Position numbers and translations under genes: made by a program. Below the pieces are notes generated by a model. The model was given only the letters and a program-made list of their open reading frames with translations. It made no database searches and had not been told where the DNA came from. DNA of 64,000 bases from Ascidiella aspersa (Eukaryota): contig OZ004608.1 of the NCBI GenBank assembly GCA_963924565.1, positions 32,550,001 through 32,614,000 of the forward strand, given 5' to 3'. Below are positions 57,390 to 64,000 of the stretch, one piece after another. How positions within the stretch are numbered: the stretch's first letter is position 1; every line of letters begins with the position of its first letter.

Positions 57390-60300
57390 ATGGCGACCAC
57401 TGAAATGTCTGGATCGTGGAAATTGGTGGAATCGGAAAACTTCGACGCTTATATGAAAGCTATAGGTGAGAATGCTTTATTTTTTGCTAGATTATTTTTT
57501 ATAAACTTAACCTTGAGATTACGTTGATTGTTTTTGTTCATTGTATGTCATAGAACTACTAAATAGAAAAGGCTGTTTCCATTGTTTAATTTGAGCGTTT
57601 AACAAAAGACTTATAGTCCTACTCTGCACTATAGGATACTAGTTGATTGTATTAAACCTTATCCACGATTTCAGTTATTATCATATCATTTTTTTAGCAG
57701 AATACAAATATCCAAGTCTTTACAACTGGTTTAGTTTCTTACCTTTTTCTAGAAATCCGCTTCTAATATTTTAACAAGAAAACATTCCCTATTGTTTTCT
57801 CTGGGGTATATTGCGCCACTTCAAATAGTGAAATGTTCCTTAGGATGTGTGGTTTATTGGCATCCCCAAACCTAGCAAAAAAAAGAGTGATGGGACCTTT
57901 GCTAATTGTGTACTTAACATCAAGAGTCCAGTGTTTCTCACCTATTTTCACTGCGACTCAAAATCTAAGCGTCAGTATAACAGCAAATCTTTGGCGCCCC
58001 AAATCTCTACACTAAACTTTTTGAAAGTCAACACTTTACAAGACTATTTAGGATATATTTCAAGAATCAATCTTAATAAGTATAACCACGTGAACTACTG
58101 CAGTAGGCGTCCCCAATTTGGGTGGCGACATGAGTTGATTTTTAAGTTGAGAAACACTGATAGTTGAGTTGCGAAACACTGAAATACAGGTTGTCAATTT
58201 ATCGCCGTGTGCCACAATCTCCGTAGTGAATTTTAAACATGGGATTGTCAATGGTATGATAATATTAGAAATGTGAACCCTGGCCTATATAGAAAGAAGC
58301 AGTTTCGTACCCACCAGGGCTTCAGTTTTATAGTTCAGGAAATAACCAATGCAGAATGTTGTTCAATAAATAAATTATGTGACCTATACTTAAAATACCA
58401 AAATTCCCTTTTGTTTAAAATTACCATTACAAACGTAGGCTTAAAAATGAAAAAAATTGTGTGTCACAATCTCCGTAATGACTTTCCGCACTCTCCTTGC
58501 CCAGGCGTCAACTTTGCAATGCGGGCAATCGGCAACAGTGTAAAGTCGACGGTCAGTATTGAGGCGAGGCCGGGCGACGACAATTTCAAGCTTGTTACTT
58601 CCAGCACATTCCGAACACACAAGCATGAATGCGCTGTCGGCAAAGTAAGCGACGAGGAAACGCTGGACGGACGCAAGGCCAAGGTATATGATAAGGCTGT
58701 GGCCATAAGTGACTGATGTGAAATCGATTTGCCTCGACTACCGAAGTAGTAAAGATCCTTTGTGGCCGAAAAAGTATTTTCTTTGTAATTTTAAAGGACG
58801 CAAAATCCCCCAAAAACTGGCAGTCGGTCTGGAAGCGTCTCGTGTTGAAACGAATTGAATAGGGTTTACTTTCTTCCTAGGTTAACTTCTTCCGTTCCAA
58901 AGTATGTTAAGTCAAGTGATTTTTCTATAAACCGCCCAAATTAAGTTAGGAATCGAAAATCAGTTGAACTCTGGTTTAACGAAATATAACATGGTATGGC
59001 AAGAAAAACGCCAGAAAAGCCTACGACAAATCAGAAAAACATGTCATTTCAAAACCACTTGAATTCAAGTTAAATTTCCGCACAAAATTTTAGTCAAATA
59101 AAGAAGCCCCTCTTTTAGCGCGGCCTTTTATCACATGCCCAGAAAAATGTAAATTAAACATACTTTTGTGATTTTTTTTTCAACTGATCCGGCGAGCTTG
59201 TAAGGCACTCGAGCGTGTTACGAGCATTTACGACTTTCATGTATACATCTATTATTCATTCGAACTTCCTCGCACGTTTATTAAAAATTCACGCTTAAAC
59301 CACGTCATTTGTTTTTGCAGACTTTAGTAAACTGGAAAGACGGAGTTTTGGTTCAGGAACAGACTTGGAACGGCAAAACGACGACGATATCCCGTCACGT
59401 GGACGACGAGGGCAGAATGATCACGGTATAAAAAACTTTTTTTCAACTTTTTGAAAACTAACCTGTACGACAGGGGTTCTTAAACTTTTTTTTACCGCGG
59501 AGCCCTAAAATGTTGTTTTGCTTCGCGTGCACCACGGTAGGCAAGACATTTTAGAAAGGACGTCATAATTTGACGTCACAATACAAATAGACTTCATAAA
59601 TTTGCTGATTTCGGTCCAAAAATGTGAAAGTAAACTGGAGTCTAAATACATTCAGTGCAAAACCGTTATATTTTTAGTTAAACTATTTTCTTTGCAAAAT
59701 TGGTTACTTTTTAAATTCCAATAGGCTTTCATGGACCCCCTAAAACTAGTTTACGGTCCCCGAAGGGATTCATGGACCACAGTTTGAGAACCTCTGCTAT
59801 ACGGTAAAGAACGCGGCATTGTTTGGGCAATGTACATCCTTCTGCATTTCGCGCCTATACGCTGATACATATTATAGGCTGGCTGGAGAATAGCGATGTC
59901 GAGAAATGGGAAATTAAAAAGCTCTTATCGAAAAATCGACCGCTGTATTATTACGATGTTTAAATATCATACAAGGGAGTCAAGGTACTTGTGGTTTTCG
60001 CTCTATACATTATTGGATGCAATTTGTATATAATTTATAGATTTATTGCCTGATTTCAGTTGATCTAAGTCCATAAGGTAAACGCAGAAAACGATAACGG
60101 GTAACCAGCATTCAATGAACTAAATATGGAATGCAAACGTTTGCGCTAAACAAATATTGCAAGGGGCCTATATCAAAGGATTGTTGGTTCTTTTTAAGGG
60201 ACTTAAATGTGAAACTTCATACTTTCGGCTAAAATCCTAACTTTCGCAACACTTAAATTCACAACAGATTATAATCGGGCGTCATACGCTTTTTTATGTC

Positions 60301-60525
60301 CTTGGTATTTTTTCCAAGTCGCAATAAAATTACAAAAATCTGTTTCGTCCACTTTCTTATATAAGCTTTCTTTACGTACAGACTTACAGCGTTTTAAAAT
60401 GGCAAACCATACCGTTTTTTTTTTCCTTATACTTTCAGAATCTCAGAATGGGTGACATCACTTCTAAGAGAGTCTACGAGAGGATTCAAGAACAAAAATC
60501 ACATTCTTCTCTACTTTTTCCCTAG
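57390..60525 (+). CDS. Fatty acid-binding protein (iLBP/FABP family), 4 exons (57390-57465, 58505-58683, 59321-59425, 60439-60525), 148 aa
   Basis: GSWKLVESENFDAYMKAIGV signature, STFRT, ETLDGRK, LVQEQTW, and the RVY carboxylate-binding motif. Canonical FABP 3-intron layout. TATA-like tatatag at ~57318. Confidence 0.9.
58236..58447. repeat. ~210-bp dispersed repeat, second copy at ~61292-61497
   Basis: aacatgggatt...aatggtatgataatattagaa...tcgtac...ccagggctt...ttttatagtt is colinear at both sites. Confidence 0.8.
59471..59796. mobile_element. hAT MITE in FABP intron 3
   Basis: caggggttcttaaact / agtttgagaacctctg, with TSD ctgtacga/ctatacgg. Confidence 0.75.
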
Positions 60526-60632
60526 TAAATGTTTTGTGGAAAACACCTTGGTATCACCGTTTTTTCACTGCTTGTGTACACAAATATACACCTACTCCCA
60601 CTACATTGTCTATTTGAGTTGTTACTGTTGGC

Positions 60633-60995
60633 TTGGGATGGCCGATAATATCGGATCAAACCCGATTCCCGATTCTAGGTGACATAAATAGGATTAGTTT
60701 ATTGCTAGAAAGGTATCGGTGACGATCCAATACCAAACTGACATATAATTTTTACGTAGAGATTTTTACGTTTAAAGGTAAATTTCTCAGAAAATAATAA
60801 ATTAGGAATAAAGGTTACGCCAGACGCTGCATACATTTTGGTCTACTTTCCATATAGGAAAAAAAACGATTTTTTAAGCGTCCATATTTATCGATTTTAT
60901 TTTACGATAGTAATGACCGTTTTTTTTGTCGGGCCGAAGGTCGTTTTTTTAAATATATCAGTATCGGGACAAGATACTAAGTATCGGACATCCAT
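60633..60995. mobile_element. Member of a dispersed (TA)GGGATG-TIR, ccgata-rich MITE family (other copies near 1030-1130, 12935-13500, 20556-21000, 24920-25170, 38410-38700)
   Basis: gggatggccgata ... tatcggacatcc ends. Recurrent ccgata/tatcgg motifs at all listed sites. Boundaries approximate. Confidence 0.6.
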
Positions 60996-63900
60996 ATTAT
61001 TGGCCGTATTACTTTGCAACCGTATTTGTCTGGAGCCGATACATCATACAAACGCGTATCATAGTGCAAAGTACATTTAGATACCAAGTGTTGTAGTAGT
61101 CGTTTTCACTGGAAGAATTGGCTTGTTTGTTGGGTTTTCTAGGCAAAGCAATGTATGTCACAGATAAAGAAATACGTCTAACGTAAATCAATGGAGATAA
61201 AACGTCGCAAAATGAGGTCGCATTTGTACGCTGACTTTGGTATTTGCTCAAACTGTCAGCAATCGGCCAACAGCCGCGTTTAGTAAATTTCAACATGGGA
61301 TTTTTAATGGTATGATAATATTAGAACATGGCCAATCGAAAGGAGCCGATTCGTACTCGCCAGGGCTTACTTTTTATAGTTGAGAAATTGAACAACGCAG
61401 AGTAGTGCCCAATAGGCATAAATAAATTTAGTTACCCACATAAAATACTAATATACCGACTGGTTTAAAATCAACATTATAGATATAGGCCTAAAATCCA
61501 AAATTTTACCTGACGAGTGTCAGACCGAATTATTTTTTAGTAAACAAGCACTAAATTAAAAAAACGCAACTTTTTTTATTCGTTTGCCGACGAAAGTAGG
61601 TATAATTCTCCAGGGTCGACGATGTAGTTTAAAAATACCATCAAAAGTAAGAAGTCCTAATGCTATCTGATCTCAAGCGCTTTACATCGGTCTATGAAAT
61701 GTTGGCAAACGTGACTGTGTGCGTAGTGCCACAGCAAATAACTTTACCGGTAGAACTGTGTAGTGTAGCCCACGTGTGTGTCGCGTAGAACTCATTTCGC
61801 GCCTCTTAACGGACACGAAGGGGATTATCATTCGTACCTTGTTTTTAAAAGTAAAAGCGAACAAGCTAACTAAGTAGATTTAGAAGGGCGTTTGCAAATT
61901 CAAGACTGTCCGCTAAAAGGTTATTATATAAATAAATGTGAGGCATTTAGAATGGAATATGATCGATTAGGCAAAGATAGATCAAAGAAAAGGTATAACA
62001 TGGACTGGCACTGCTATTTAAACGGCGCAACTGTAGTACTCCGGTTATGAAAAGGATAAAGAATAAGCAATTCAATCAATGAATGTCATACGGTATGTCA
62101 AAAGGTCAATTTATTCTCGTTTCTGTGCAAACAATCTGGTTAAATGCTGGGGCCTGTTTGCTTTAATACTTCTAGGAGAAATCCAAACATGTTCAATTGT
62201 TCATGTTATTAGAAAGAGCATCGTTACAAAGTTTGTGTACGGTACTCTTGTTGCTCACGTTTATCATATGCGGTTTAAAATGTAGGCTTTCAACCGAAGG
62301 TTCATGAACTTATCGAAAAGGTCCACATATTTAAAGAACTACTTTGATGCTAGTCAATGGAGCAAGTAATAGTTGGGAAATTTTTGCTCGCCTTTTGAAT
62401 GTGGCTGTTAGATTTCCAGTATTTCCCAGGTTTTACACTACAGGTTTACCTCAATAGGCGTGTGATTCATGGAAAAAATTGCGATTAGGACACAGTTTTT
62501 CTCCGATACCTGGAATATAAAACAGCCCGACCTTTCTGTTATGGTTTAGCTGTAATTTGATTAGTTTGGTTTGGTGGTTTTAATAACCATCCGGGTACCG
62601 CTTTTCCTCATGGTCTTTTTTTCACATATTTAATTTCGTTATTTCTGTTGTATTGCTACTGCAGAGTTTTAAAGCTCGGTATAATAAATTGTTCACAATC
62701 GATAGTTTATGCTGAAAAGATCGGAACAATTTGAAATTTAAGTGGCGATCTTAATGTGTTACCCTGCTGAAAACCTTAAAAATAGTTTACCTGACCGTTT
62801 ACGTGTGATGAATGACTTTAAAAACGTAATCGAATTTGACTTTTTGTATAAATTTTGCAAATAAATCAAGTTGGACTTTATTTTGTTTAATTTACTTGTT
62901 GAGGTAATGCTGGACAATGCTGTTCGCAAAATGGTGATAGTTGTGCAAAACAAATACTGCATCAAAACCGCATAGTAAATAAAGTTGCTCAGGCCAACTC
63001 AGATTTTCCCAGACGTCGTTGCACACTGTCGCCAGTCGGGCAACTTTGGACCCTAGGAAGCAGGGATGTCGCCATGTCGATCTGTGGCGTGATTTGCTGT
63101 TTCTTGTTTGCTTGTAAACTTGCCCAGTCAGCAGCTGAAACGGACGGCCTTTGTGACACAAAAAAGGCGATTGTACTTTAACCAGTTATGGAAAGGCTAT
63201 TTAACGGTCGCAGGAGAGAAATTTCGTATATTCGGAGAGATTTGTTGGCGATGAGTGGGTAAACATTGAGTTTCAAGCCATATTACTTGGATATTGAAGG
63301 GTCACTAGGTCTAGTTGCTGGCTTTTAAGGGCATGGGTTATGCGTAATAACCAAAAATAATGCGATTTTGCTTATGTTTTAAATCACATAATAAAACAAA
63401 ACAAGAAATAAATGCTTTCTTCCGACTTTTGGCTCTTTAAAAATTAAGTTTTAGATGTGATTTAGTAGTTCAAGTTAACTAAGGACCTCTGTTGGAGTCT
63501 GGGTATATTGCAACCAGCACACCTTTATAATTAGTCCGTCTGTAACGAATGAAACCGTCTATTAATTTAATAATTACAAAATGAAGAAAATTATTCGCTG
63601 AGAGTGCTTGAAAATAATATCATGATGTTATCAGCGTTTGTTTGAAAATCGTGTAACTAAATGTAGCCTAATCGGTCCAAATGTCTTAAAGACCGATTCA
63701 GCATTTACAATACCCAGAACATTAAACGACCCAATTTTGGCATTGGAATTTTAGGCCAAATTTCAGTTGCTTGAAGTGTATTACAACGGGGTATTCAGAA
63801 AAGCTAAAGGCGCCCCTTGTGTGTCTGCCACCCACGAACAGACACCTCTCTGTTCTTCGTAAGAGTAGAGCAAACAGCCACTTGCCACCAACCAACGTGT

Positions 63901-64000
63901 ACTGAGATGTACCACGTGCATTCCAACGATAAGACAAGGAAGCGTCTTTTAGAAAAAAAATTAAAAGAGAGGGTGCAGCATCATTAAGGTTAAAAAAGAG

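Noticed and set aside
61500-64000. Coding gene or autonomous transposon at the right end of the window
   Set aside because: Only short ORFs without recognisable motifs and no supportable exon chain.

Overview
AT-rich, intron-containing animal genomic DNA. The gene density, short intergenic gaps and MITE load suggest an invertebrate chordate such as an ascidian (inference only). Reading exons by hand gives five genes: the acidic terminal exon of an unidentified + strand gene (81-210); DDX31 (minus, 4 exons, 712 aa); intronless TYSND1 directly upstream of it (minus, PTS1 -AKL, possible two-gene operon); a complete 49-exon DOCK-A Rac-GEF gene (DOCK1/2/5-like, +, 8464-53661, 1861 aa); and a 4-exon FABP gene (+, 57390-60525). 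Most short ORFs in the supplied track are noise or exon fragments. Highlights: (1) a hidden ATG-bearing exon in DOCK intron 23, downstream of a promoter-like block, that would splice in frame to give a ~1093-aa DOCK with SH3 and DHR-1 replaced by a polybasic, CDK-site-bearing N-terminus; (2) a ~197-bp intronic palindrome with a Penelope-type minimal hammerhead ribozyme motif on each strand; (3) a U12 minor intron and two GC-AG introns in DOCK; (4) repeated tandem duplications across DOCK splice sites, creating decoy or in-frame alternative sites; (5) hAT MITEs with nnnTAnnn target duplications, one of which copied a splice donor.
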